Positions 38,093-47,200 of a DNA stretch of 64,000 bases are shown here, in pieces. The stretch lies in assembly GCA_965204735.1 (NCBI GenBank), contig OZ242008.1:1920001-1984000 (forward strand), read 5' to 3'. The translations under genes and the position numbers were made by a program. The notes beneath the pieces were generated by a model. The model worked only from the letters and a program-made list of their open reading frames with translations. It was not told where the DNA came from and made no database searches. Every line of letters starts with the position of its first letter. Position 1 is the stretch's first letter. The DNA comes from Longimicrobiales bacterium (GTDB lineage Bacteria > Gemmatimonadota > Gemmatimonadetes > Longimicrobiales > Gaopeijiaceae).

Positions 38093-38807
38093 CCGGGTGC
38101 TGGTGGTCCTGCCCACCTACAACGAGCGCGGCAACCTCTCGCGGGTCGTTCCCGAGATCCTGGCCCAGGGGCCCGCGTTCCACGTCCTCGTGGTGGACGA
38201 CGCCTCGCCCGACGGCACCGGAGAGGCGGCCGACGCCATGGCGGCTGCGAACGCTCGCGTCGACGCCCTCCGCCGGCCGGGCAAGCTCGGCTTGGGAACC
38301 GCCTACGTGGACGGCTTCTCGTGGGGCCTGCAACGCCCCTTCGACCTCTTTGTGTCCATGGACGCCGACCTCTCCCACCCGCCCGCGATGCTGCCCGCCA
38401 TGGTGGCCGAGAGCGCCGGTGCCGGCGTGGTCGTGGGCTCCCGCTACTTGGGAGGCGAGATTCGGGTCGTGAACTGGCCCATGGGCCGCCTGCTGGTCAG
38501 CCTCTTCGGCTCGTGGTACGCTCGAACGGTCACGGGCCTGCCCGTCAGCGACGCCACCGGCGGATTCAACCTGTACAGCCGCAAGGCGCTGGAGTCCGTG
38601 GAGCTCGCCTGCATCGAGTCGAGCGGCTACAGCTTTCAGATCGAGCTCAAGTTCCGGGTCTGGCGCGCCGGACTGGCCGTTCGGGAAGTGCCCATCGTCT
38701 TCACGGAGCGGCGCAGCGGAGAGTCGAAGATGTCCAAGCGGATCATGTGGGAGGCGGTCTGGCGCGTGTGGAAGCTCCGCATGGCCAGCCTGGCGGGACG
38801 ACTCTGA
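38085..38807 (+). CDS. Polyprenol monophosphomannose synthase (GT2)
   Basis: LPTYNE, DDASPDGT, MDADLSH, GYSFQIE. Confidence 0.9.
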   Translation: MADRVLVVLPTYNERGNLSRVVPEILAQGPAFHVLVVDDASPDGTGEAADAMAAANARVDALRRPGKLGLGTAYVDGFSWGLQRPFDLFVSMDADLSHPPAMLPAMVAESAGAGVVVGSRYLGGEIRVVNWPMGRLLVSLFGSWYARTVTGLPVSDATGGFNLYSRKALESVELACIESSGYSFQIELKFRVWRAGLAVREVPIVFTERRSGESKMSKRIMWEAVWRVWKLRMASLAGRL

Positions 38808-38822
38808 CCTGGGGAAGGGAAC

Positions 38823-39443
38823 GTGGGCCTCGCAGACTTCTGCTACCGCTGTCCCGAATGCGGGCACGACCCGATGGCGGGGAAGGGCGACCGGGCGTGG
38901 TGCGGCGCCTGCGGCTTCCGGGTCCAGCGGACGCGCGGCCGCATCTTCGCGACCTCCCCCGGCGCCGGGCCGCGCCGGGAGAAGGCGCGAACGCTGGCGG
39001 AGGCGGCTGGGGCTGGGCTGGGCGACCAGGTCGGCGACGCCTTCCGCTACTCGGCGCAAGCGACGGTGTGCTGGCGCATTCGCGAGGAGCCCGTCTGGCG
39101 ACGGGGCGAGCTGCGGGGCTACAGCGAGACGATGGGTGCGCCCGCCCTTGCGACCGTGACCGTGGACAGGGAGGCCGTCGCCATCGAGAGCGTCGACGCT
39201 CGCAGCAGCGCGCCGTCGGATTGCCGTTCAGGTCGCTGGAGCCTTCTGGAGCTTCGCGCCGTGCAGACGTCCTCGTCGTCGTTGCAGCTCTCGTTGCCGG
39301 GCGACCAGATGGTGCAGCTGCGCTTCGCGACGGACTCGCCCAAGCGCTGGGAGGACATGCTGCGCCAGCTGGTGCGGGAGGCGTACCGAAGGGCGGGCAG
39401 GGGGTTCGTCCACGAGTTCCAGCCCCGCATCGCGACCCGGTAG
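38823..39443 (+). CDS. Hypothetical protein with N-terminal Zn-ribbon-like CxxC pairs
   Basis: YRCPECG..CGACG; operonic position. Confidence 0.65.
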   Translation: MGLADFCYRCPECGHDPMAGKGDRAWCGACGFRVQRTRGRIFATSPGAGPRREKARTLAEAAGAGLGDQVGDAFRYSAQATVCWRIREEPVWRRGELRGYSETMGAPALATVTVDREAVAIESVDARSSAPSDCRSGRWSLLELRAVQTSSSSLQLSLPGDQMVQLRFATDSPKRWEDMLRQLVREAYRRAGRGFVHEFQPRIATR

Positions 39444-39534
39444 CCCCGTTCGTGCGCCGACTGCCCCCGACCGGGACTTCTTCTTCGGCCCCCGACCTTC
39501 TCTCGCCGTCCGCGCGTCGCTCTCGTCGCCGTCG

Positions 39535-40209
39535 ATGACTTGGTACGAGTTCTTCTGGCCGGTGGCGAAGGGACTCTCCGTGGCCATGACGCGCCTCACC
39601 GTCGAGGGTAGGGAGCACATCCCCCGACAGGGACCGTTCTTCCTCGTGGCGAACCACCAGAGCGTGCTGGACCCGATCCTGATCCAGGCCAACTGCCCTC
39701 GTCCGCTCCACTCGCTCGCCAAGAGCACCCAATTCTCGTCCGGGGCCGTCTCCGCTTGGCTGCTGCCCCGCATCAACGCGGTTCCGACGCGACGATACCG
39801 CGTCGACCCGCAGGTCGTGCGCACCGCCCTTCGCCTGCTGGACCGAGGAGAGGCGGTGTGCGTCTACCCCGAGGGCGAACGAAGCTGGGACGGGACGCTC
39901 CAACCCCTTCGGCGAGGCACCGTCCGACTCGTCCTCAAGGCGGGCGTGCCGGTGGTTCCCTGCGGCGTGGCGGGCTCCTTCGACGCCTGGCCGCGTTGGA
40001 GCCGCCGCCCGCGACGCCGTCCGGTCGTCCTCCGCTTCGGAGCGCCCATCCACTTCGGACGTCACGACACTCGGCCGGAGCGCGAGGCCGCGCTGGACGA
40101 AGCCCTGAAGCGCTTGGTGAAGGCGCTGGCGGAGCTGAGCGGCCAGCTCGGGCGGCCGGACGACGGCGCCCCCGACGCCGAGGGCTCCGGCTCCGCTGTT
40201 GGCGCCTGA
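39535..40209 (+). CDS. plsC: Lysophospholipid acyltransferase (PlsC-like)
   Basis: NHQSVLD and YPEGER motifs. Confidence 0.85.
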   Translation: MTWYEFFWPVAKGLSVAMTRLTVEGREHIPRQGPFFLVANHQSVLDPILIQANCPRPLHSLAKSTQFSSGAVSAWLLPRINAVPTRRYRVDPQVVRTALRLLDRGEAVCVYPEGERSWDGTLQPLRRGTVRLVLKAGVPVVPCGVAGSFDAWPRWSRRPRRRPVVLRFGAPIHFGRHDTRPEREAALDEALKRLVKALAELSGQLGRPDDGAPDAEGSGSAVGA

Positions 40210-40237
40210 CCCGACGATAGGCCATCTTTCCGCCGCC

Positions 40238-41167
40238 ATGCTCAGGTCTACGCTGCTGCGAATCTCCGAAAGCAAGTGGTGCAGGGGGACGTTGCCCCGC
40301 TACGGCTTCGTCAAGCGCGCCGTCCGTCGGTTCATGCCCGGCGAGACCTTGGCCGACGCCCTGGAGGCTGCCGAACGCCTGGAGCGGGGCGCCGGCATCC
40401 CCACGCTGATCACCTTCTTGGGCGAGAACGTCGCCGACGAGGCGGAGGCCGCAGCCGTTGCGGACCACTACGCGGAGGCCGCAGCCGCCGTCGCGGCACG
40501 CGGTCTGGACGCCGAGCTCTCGGTCAAGCCTACCCACTTGGGACTCGACTTGGGGGCGGCCGTCGCCGAGCGAAGCCTCCGGCGCTTGACCGAGGCCGCC
40601 GAAGCCACGGGAAACTGGGTCTGGCTCGACATGGAGTCCAGCCCCTACGTGGACCCGACGCTGGAGCTCTACCACGCGATCCGTCCCGACCACCCCAGGT
40701 TCGGCATATGCCTGCAAGCGTACCTTCGCCGGACTCCCGAGGACCTGGAGTCGCTGATCCCGCTGGGCGCTGCGGTCCGCTTGGTGAAGGGCGCCTACGC
40801 CGAGCCGGCCGACGTCGCGTTCCCCGACAAGTCCGCCGTGGACCAAGCGTTCTTCGACCTGGCGGTGCGGATGCTGGCCGACGACGCCCGGAAGGCCGGG
40901 ACGCGGGCCGCCCTCGCCACCCACGACGGCGCCCTGATCCGTCGGATCGACGAGTGGGCCGCGAAGGAGGGACTCGGCGACGGCGCCTACGAGTACCAGA
41001 TGCTCTACGGCATTGCCCGCGAAGAACAGAAGCGTCTGGCCGCCGCGAAGAAGGCCGTCCGGGTCCTGATCAGCTACGGCGAGCACTGGTTCCCCTGGTA
41101 CGTCCGGCGGCTGGCGGAGCGACCGGCCAACCTCGTCTTCGTCCTGCGCAGCTTCCTCGCCCGATGA
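40238..41167 (+). CDS. Monofunctional proline dehydrogenase
   Basis: RFMPGE, WLDME, QAYL, RLVKGAY, RRLAERPAN. Confidence 0.92.
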   Translation: MLRSTLLRISESKWCRGTLPRYGFVKRAVRRFMPGETLADALEAAERLERGAGIPTLITFLGENVADEAEAAAVADHYAEAAAAVAARGLDAELSVKPTHLGLDLGAAVAERSLRRLTEAAEATGNWVWLDMESSPYVDPTLELYHAIRPDHPRFGICLQAYLRRTPEDLESLIPLGAAVRLVKGAYAEPADVAFPDKSAVDQAFFDLAVRMLADDARKAGTRAALATHDGALIRRIDEWAAKEGLGDGAYEYQMLYGIAREEQKRLAAAKKAVRVLISYGEHWFPWYVRRLAERPANLVFVLRSFLAR

Positions 41168-42411
41168 CTCCCGCCCCGGAGAGCGACTCCATGACGCCCA
41201 CTCGAACTTCCGCACCGCTCCAGCGCGCTCCGTCGAGCCGGTTCCGTTGGGGGCCGCCGCTCTGGTTCAGTCGCGGTCCAACGCTCCGGCCGTTCGGGGT
41301 CCTCGCGCTCGGTCTCCTCTTGCCGGCCGCCGGCGCCGACGCGGCAGCGGCCCAAGTCGGGCGTGGGGCGGCGGTTGCCGGGGACGCGGTTGCGGCAGCC
41401 CACGTCGAGGCGGTGCAGGAGGCTCGCGCGCTGCTCGACTCGGTGGTGGCCGCAGGGTCGATCCCAGGGCTGTCGGCGGCCGTGGGGAAGGGTCGGGACG
41501 TGCTGTGGTCGGAGGGCTTCGGGTTCGCCGACCTGACCCATGGCGTGCTCGTCACGCCCTTGACCAAGTTCCGGGTCGGCAGCGTGTCCAAGCCCATCAC
41601 GGCGGCGGCCATGGGGTTGCTGATGGAAGCCGAGTCGCTCGACCTGGACGCGCCGGTGCAGCGCTACGTCCCGTCGTTCCCGGAGAAGCGCTGGCCCGTC
41701 ACGACCCGCCAGCTCGCCGGGCACTTGGGCGGCGTCCGCCACTACCGGGGCAACGAGAACCTGTCGGCCGCGCGGTATCCCACCGTCCTCTCCGGGCTGG
41801 CGATCTTCCAGGACGACTCCCTCATTGCCGAGCCCGGCGCTCGCTACTCGTACTCCAGCTACGGGTGGAACTTGATCAGCGCCGTGGTGGAGGGCGCCAG
41901 CGGGGAACCCTTCCTGCCGTACATGGACCGAGCAGTCTTCAGGCCCCTGGGAATGCGCCACACCGTGGCCGGCCACACCGACAGCATCATTCCGCATCGG
42001 ACCCGCTTCTACGTCCGCGCCGGCGACGACGGCCCGGTGGTCAACGCGCCCTTCGTGGACAACAGCTACAAGTGGGCCGGAGGCGGCTTCCTGTCCACGC
42101 CCGAGGACTTGGTGGCCTTCGCGGCGGCCCACATCGACGGCTCGGGCTTCCTGACCGACGAGACGCTGGCGGTCCTCTTCACGTCCCAGCGGCTGTCCAG
42201 CGGAGAGGAGACCGGCTACGGAATCGGCTGGCGAACCGCAACCAACGAGCACGGCGAGACCGTCGTGTCGCACACCGGCGGCTCGGTGGGCGGAACCACC
42301 GTTCTCACGCTGAACCGGGACACGGGAACGATCGTCGCGATCGTCGCCAACCTGTCCAACGCCCCCCTGGGAACTACGCTGGCGGAGAGGGTCGAAGGTC
42401 TCTTCCGGTAG
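41164..42411 (+). CDS. Serine hydrolase, beta-lactamase class C-like
   Basis: SVSK, YSS and HTG motifs; start uncertain. Confidence 0.85.
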   Translation: MTPAPESDSMTPTRTSAPLQRAPSSRFRWGPPLWFSRGPTLRPFGVLALGLLLPAAGADAAAAQVGRGAAVAGDAVAAAHVEAVQEARALLDSVVAAGSIPGLSAAVGKGRDVLWSEGFGFADLTHGVLVTPLTKFRVGSVSKPITAAAMGLLMEAESLDLDAPVQRYVPSFPEKRWPVTTRQLAGHLGGVRHYRGNENLSAARYPTVLSGLAIFQDDSLIAEPGARYSYSSYGWNLISAVVEGASGEPFLPYMDRAVFRPLGMRHTVAGHTDSIIPHRTRFYVRAGDDGPVVNAPFVDNSYKWAGGGFLSTPEDLVAFAAAHIDGSGFLTDETLAVLFTSQRLSSGEETGYGIGWRTATNEHGETVVSHTGGSVGGTTVLTLNRDTGTIVAIVANLSNAPLGTTLAERVEGLFR

Positions 42412-42478
42412 CGGGGGAGCTCGGCGGCGGCGGACGGGAAGTCCAGGTCGGCCGCCGCCCCTTCAATCCCAATCTACA

Positions 42479-42506
42479 ACTTTACATAATACATATTATG
42501 CGAACC
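42479..42506 (-). other. dif: dif site (XerC/XerD chromosome dimer resolution site)
   Basis: Minus strand GGTTCGCATAA-TATGTA-TTATGTAAAGT versus E. coli GGTGCGCATAA-TGTATA-TTATGTTAAAT; intergenic, AT-rich, between convergent genes. Confidence 0.9.
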
Positions 42507-42537
42507 TTGATTCGGCGCGCCGCCCCGTGATCCTTTC

Positions 42538-43701
42538 TTACTGACCCTCCCGCGCCACGAGCGCCAGGATTCTGGGAACGACGCCGCTCTGGTCGACCAC
42601 GTAGGTCGTGTCGCCTGCCAAGGCGAACGAAAGGAACCTGCCGGGCAGGAGCCGGCTCTCCAAGTAGCGGCCGGTCGCCATGGAGTACAGGTCGAGGACT
42701 CCTCGGCCGTCGGAGTCGCCGGCGAGCACGAACAGCGTGTCGCCCGCCGTATCGACGTCGGAGGCAGATTCGGTCGGCCGCTCGGCGAACCACACGCTCC
42801 TCGTCTCGGTGGCTTCCTCCGTCTGCTCGCCGGCCGTCACCTCGGGAAAGTCCATCCGCTCCACGAAGGAATGGGCACGGGTGGCGTCGTCGGCGACCAG
42901 AAAGAACCCGGGTCCGGTCTTGAACGCGAGTCCCCATGAAGCGCCGGACGCGGCAAACACCAGCATGTCCAACTGGATCGTCTCCAGATCCCGGAAGCCT
43001 GGCCAGCTGGGGGTGACGACGGCGGGGTTCTCGCCGTCCGATGGGATTCGCATCAGGTCGATCCCCAGCACGCCGCGCGTCTCGGTCATGCCAAAGAACG
43101 ACGCCACGTAGCCGCTCCCGTCGGCCAGAGCGACCACGTCCTCGGTCATCAGCGCCTGACCCGCGAACGGCTGCTCGCGCGACAGAGTCCCGTCCGAAGA
43201 CAGCCACACGAGCCGACGGTTGCCCGAATCCACGAGGAACGGAGCGTCGGTGCGCGGATCGACGGTCATGGCGCGAACATTGCCGATCTCTCCTGGTCCT
43301 TGGCCCGAGCTTCCCCACGCCCACGCCAAGCGGCCCCCGTCGATCCGCAAGACCTTCATGGCCCGCACGTCCAGGACGTAGAGTCCGCCGTCTGACGCGA
43401 CGTCCAGCTTGTGCGGCGAGGCCAGCAGCGTATCGCCGGGTCCCCCGAAGCTCCAAGCCGTGTCGTAGGCCACGGTCCGCGTCGCGCGAAGCTCCCGGTC
43501 CTCCGTGAACGGCTCGACGAGCTCTCCCGCCTGGTCGTCGCGTCCAGCGGCGGCGCCGTCCTCGCCGTCCTCGGAGCCTCCGTCGGCGCATCCGACCACG
43601 ATCGGCGCGAGGATGCACGCGAACCACCAGGGCTTGGCACGACTCCAGCCGACCGCTCCCCAGCCGCGACGCCCTCTGCCCCAATGGTCGACAGCGATCA
43701 T
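42538..43701 (-). CDS. Six-bladed beta-propeller (NHL/TolB-like) lipoprotein, paralogue of 51080..52144
   Basis: Lipobox IVVGC; GQGPGEI, LYVLD, VDSGNRR blade motifs. Confidence 0.75.
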   Translation of the reverse strand: MIAVDHWGRGRRGWGAVGWSRAKPWWFACILAPIVVGCADGGSEDGEDGAAAGRDDQAGELVEPFTEDRELRATRTVAYDTAWSFGGPGDTLLASPHKLDVASDGGLYVLDVRAMKVLRIDGGRLAWAWGSSGQGPGEIGNVRAMTVDPRTDAPFLVDSGNRRLVWLSSDGTLSREQPFAGQALMTEDVVALADGSGYVASFFGMTETRGVLGIDLMRIPSDGENPAVVTPSWPGFRDLETIQLDMLVFAASGASWGLAFKTGPGFFLVADDATRAHSFVERMDFPEVTAGEQTEEATETRSVWFAERPTESASDVDTAGDTLFVLAGDSDGRGVLDLYSMATGRYLESRLLPGRFLSFALAGDTTYVVDQSGVVPRILALVAREGQ

Positions 43702-43738
43702 TTGGTGTCCTTCTCCGTTGCCGAGGGGATTCGTTTGC

Positions 43739-44458
43739 CTAAGGGGCTTCGTTCGCCACCCGCGACGCCACCACCGCGACCTCGGCCCGGCGCATCTGGA
43801 CCAAGCTCCGGTCCGGGTCCGCCTCGACCATCTCGTCCAGCAGCCGGTCGTACAGCTCCACGGCGCCGGCGGCGTCCCCGGCCTCTTGCCGCAACCGAGC
43901 CGCGTCGGCCAGCGCATCGCGTACCTGGAAGCCGAGGCGGGCTCCTTCGGCCAAGCGCAGGTAGAGTCCTTCCGCCGCCTCCGCGTTGCCGACGTCTTCG
44001 TAGATCGAAGCCAGGAGCGCCGCCGCCTGGGCGCCGAGGGGGCTCTCCACGTCCCGCGCCAGCGGCGCAAGCACGTCGACGGCGCCGTCGGGATCGCCCA
44101 GCTCGGTGCTGACCTGGGCCAGCGCGATCCGCGCCTCGCCGGCGAAGGGCGTGCTGCCGAACCTCTCCAAGAAGAGCTGCAGGTCGGCATGCACCCCGGC
44201 CTGGTCGCCGCCGTCCAGCCTGCGCTGCAGCTCTTCCAGCTGGGTTGCGGCGCCGGCGTTGAGCGTGTCCTTGTACCGTCCGTAGTAGAATATCCCGGCC
44301 GCGCCCAGCGCCACCAGAACGATCGCGAGGGTGAGCACGGGCCGGTTGCGCTGGGCCCACTGGCTCACCTCGAGCGTCGTGGCGACGAAGGCGTCGTCCT
44401 GGTCCGCGGGGCTCCCCGACTTCTTGGGACGAGTCCCCGGCTTCCGGTAGCTGGCCAT
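43739..44458 (-). CDS. Membrane-anchored TPR protein (YfgM-like)
   Basis: N-terminal TM helix followed by helical TPR-like repeats. Confidence 0.75.
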   Translation of the reverse strand: MASYRKPGTRPKKSGSPADQDDAFVATTLEVSQWAQRNRPVLTLAIVLVALGAAGIFYYGRYKDTLNAGAATQLEELQRRLDGGDQAGVHADLQLFLERFGSTPFAGEARIALAQVSTELGDPDGAVDVLAPLARDVESPLGAQAAALLASIYEDVGNAEAAEGLYLRLAEGARLGFQVRDALADAARLRQEAGDAAGAVELYDRLLDEMVEADPDRSLVQMRRAEVAVVASRVANEAP

Positions 44459-44770
44459 GTGAAAAAGCTAGTCCCTGCCTTGGCCTCCGGTCAACATCTT
44501 GGCCTCTTGAAGGAACTCGACGACCGGCGTCCGCGGTCGCGCGTCTTCGATGTCGAGTCGAAGCCCGGCTTCCAGCAGGCGGAGCGGCGGGTGGCGCCGT
44601 CGCCTTGTCCTGACCATGATCTTCTGGACCAGCCCGTGAACCGATCCCTTTCGAGCCCGTGAACCTGGCGCCCCGAAGGGAATCTCAACGGATGGCGACC
44701 GCCGGCAGAGCCGGAAGCCGCAATCGACGACGCGCTCGAAGCCACGCTCCCATTTGACGGAGGATGCCGC

Positions 44771-45181
44771 ATGACCAAGAGGACGATCCTCGCACTCGGC
44801 ATCCTGGCACTCGGATGCGGCGAGGCCCCAGAGACCCGCGCGCGGCCCGAGACCACGCCACCCCCGGCCCCGGCCGAGACGCCGCCCGCAGAGGCACCCG
44901 ACTCCACGCCGGCGGCATCGGCGGAAGACGTCGAACGCCTGCTGGCGGAGATCGACTCCATGCTGTTCGCCCCGGGCACGCCATGGCCAGGATGCGGGAC
45001 CTCCGACACGACGGGGACGCGGATCCTGGAAGAAGCAATCGACGCCGCCGTCGAAGCTAGGTCCCTCCTGGACTCTGGATACGTGGACCAAGCGGCGGAG
45101 ACTGCGGACAGAAGCCACGCGCAACTGCTGGAATTCGAGACGCGCGAAGCGAAGTGCGCAGAGGAGGCCAACACCCGATGA
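44771..45181 (+). CDS. Hypothetical lipoprotein
   Basis: GGAGG RBS; MTKRTILALGILALGC lipobox; Pro-rich linker. Confidence 0.65.
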   Translation: MTKRTILALGILALGCGEAPETRARPETTPPPAPAETPPAEAPDSTPAASAEDVERLLAEIDSMLFAPGTPWPGCGTSDTTGTRILEEAIDAAVEARSLLDSGYVDQAAETADRSHAQLLEFETREAKCAEEANTR

Positions 45182-45351
45182 AGGCCTGCCGAATCGACGG
45201 ATGCGGAAAGCTAACCAAGGCGCGCGGGCTGTGCCAAGCGCACCTGGCACGCGTTTATTGATACGGCTCTGCAACCCACTTCCCGTGCCGCGGCCGCCCG
45301 CCCGAGCCCATTAGCAAGGCTGGCATCAGCCGCCGGAGAAACCCAAGTCCA

Positions 45352-47166
45352 ATGCGAACCATCATTCGAGCCCTTCCGGCCCGGCTCGCCGTGGGCGTTG
45401 CCGTCGCCGCGACCTTCGGCGGCTGTGCGCCGCCGTCCGACGACCCGGACGCGGCCGATGCGGCCGACCCTGCGACGACCGTGTTTCCTGCGACCAACCG
45501 TCCCGACGTGCGCGGAACCCGGGGCGCCGTCGCGGCGGGCCATCCCCTGGCCGCGGCCGCCGGGATCGACGTGCTGCGCCGGGGCGGCAACGCGACCGAC
45601 GCGGCTCTCGCCATGGCCGGCGTGCTGGCCGTCGCAAGGCCGCACATGAACGGCGTGGGAGGAGACGCCTTCGCCCTCTTCTACGACGGGGAGTCGGGCG
45701 AAGTCCACGCCCTCAACGGCAGCGGACGCGCCGGCGCCAAGGCCGAGCCGTCGTTCTTCCGGGACCGGGGCCACGACGCGGTCCCCGAGACGGGACCGAT
45801 GTCCGTGTCCGTGCCGGGGGCGGTCGCGGCGTGGGTGGACGCCCACTCCCGCTTCGGGAGCCTTCCCCTGGACGAGCTCCTGGCCCCCGCGATCGACTAC
45901 GCCCACGACGGCTTTCCCGTGTCCACCCGGCTGGCGTCCGACTTCGAGGCCCAGGGATCGGCCCTCAACGAGCCCGGCAAGGCGCTCTACCTGCCCGGCG
46001 GCGACGCCCCGCCCGTGGGCTCCCTGCTGCGGAACCCTGCCCTGGCCGCCACCCTGCGGGCAGTCGCCGAAGGTGGAAGGACGGCGTTCTACGAGGGCGC
46101 GACGGCGGAGCGCCTCGCGGCGTTCGTGGATTCGGCGGGCGGCGCGCTGACGGCGGACGACTTCAGGTCGCACGAGTCCACTTGGGTGGAGCCCCTGTCC
46201 GGCGAGTACCTGGGCGCGCGGCTTCACGTCCTTCCGCCCAACACGCAAGGGATCGCGCAGCTGGCCCTGGCCGGGATGGCCGCCCGTCGCCCGTTGAAGG
46301 AGATGGGCCGCAACTCGGCCGAGTACCTCCACACCCTGATCGAGCTCAAGAAGCTCGCCTTCGCGGACCGGGACCAGTGGGCCGCCGACCCCGACTTCGC
46401 GGAGATCCCGGTGGACGACCTGCTGGCGCCCGGCTACCTGGCGGATCGGGCCGAGCAGGTCGATCCCGGCGCGGCCGCGGTGGTCGTCGAGCCTGGGATT
46501 CGTTACGGGGCCGGCGGGGCGGCTCCGTCCGGAGAGTCCCCCAGGTCGGCCCTGTCCGCAGGCGCGCCCGCCGGCGCTCGCGCTTCCCTCGTCCTCGACG
46601 ACGGCGGCGACACCGTCTACCTCACCGCCGTGGACCAGTGGGGCAACGCCGTCTCGTGGATACAGAGCCTCTTTCACGGCTTCGGCTCCGGGCTGCTGGA
46701 GCCCGTGACCGGCGTGGTCCTCCACAACCGGGGATCGCTCCACACCCTGGACGAGGGCCACCCCAACGTCGTGGCGCCCGGCAAGCGTCCCTACCACACG
46801 CTGACGCCCCTGCTGGCCACATCTCCCGACGGCGCCCTCGCCTTCACCCTGGGCACGCCCGGCGGCGACAGCCAAGTCCAGTCCCTGACCCAGATCGTCA
46901 ACAACTTGCGCCTCTTCGGCATGAGCCCGCAGGCGGCGGTCGAGGCGCCCCGCTTCCGCAGCTACGGAGGGTTGGCGGTCGCGATCGAGGACCGGGTGGA
47001 CGCCGACGTGCTGGCGGCGCTCGCGGCGCTGGGCCACGAGGTGCAGGTCGTGCACGGATGGACGGCGACGTTCGGAGGCGCCCAGATGATCGTGATCGAC
47101 CACGAGCACGGAACGCTGACCGCGGCGGCCGACCCCCGACGGGAAGCCTATGCCCTGGCCTACTGA
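45352..47166 (+). CDS. ggt: Gamma-glutamyltransferase
   Basis: GGNATDAA, GDTVYLTAVD (autoprocessing Thr), PGKRPYHTL, ADPRR. Confidence 0.93.
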   Translation: MRTIIRALPARLAVGVAVAATFGGCAPPSDDPDAADAADPATTVFPATNRPDVRGTRGAVAAGHPLAAAAGIDVLRRGGNATDAALAMAGVLAVARPHMNGVGGDAFALFYDGESGEVHALNGSGRAGAKAEPSFFRDRGHDAVPETGPMSVSVPGAVAAWVDAHSRFGSLPLDELLAPAIDYAHDGFPVSTRLASDFEAQGSALNEPGKALYLPGGDAPPVGSLLRNPALAATLRAVAEGGRTAFYEGATAERLAAFVDSAGGALTADDFRSHESTWVEPLSGEYLGARLHVLPPNTQGIAQLALAGMAARRPLKEMGRNSAEYLHTLIELKKLAFADRDQWAADPDFAEIPVDDLLAPGYLADRAEQVDPGAAAVVVEPGIRYGAGGAAPSGESPRSALSAGAPAGARASLVLDDGGDTVYLTAVDQWGNAVSWIQSLFHGFGSGLLEPVTGVVLHNRGSLHTLDEGHPNVVAPGKRPYHTLTPLLATSPDGALAFTLGTPGGDSQVQSLTQIVNNLRLFGMSPQAAVEAPRFRSYGGLAVAIEDRVDADVLAALAALGHEVQVVHGWTATFGGAQMIVIDHEHGTLTAAADPRREAYALAY

Positions 47167-47200
47167 TCCCTCTCCGGGAAGGTGAGGTAGGCGGCGACCC

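Noticed and set aside
44470..44760. Possible structured ncRNA (6S-like) in the intergenic gap; agcccgtgaacc occurs twice
   Set aside because: Could not support a fold or conserved motif; needs an Infernal/Rfam search
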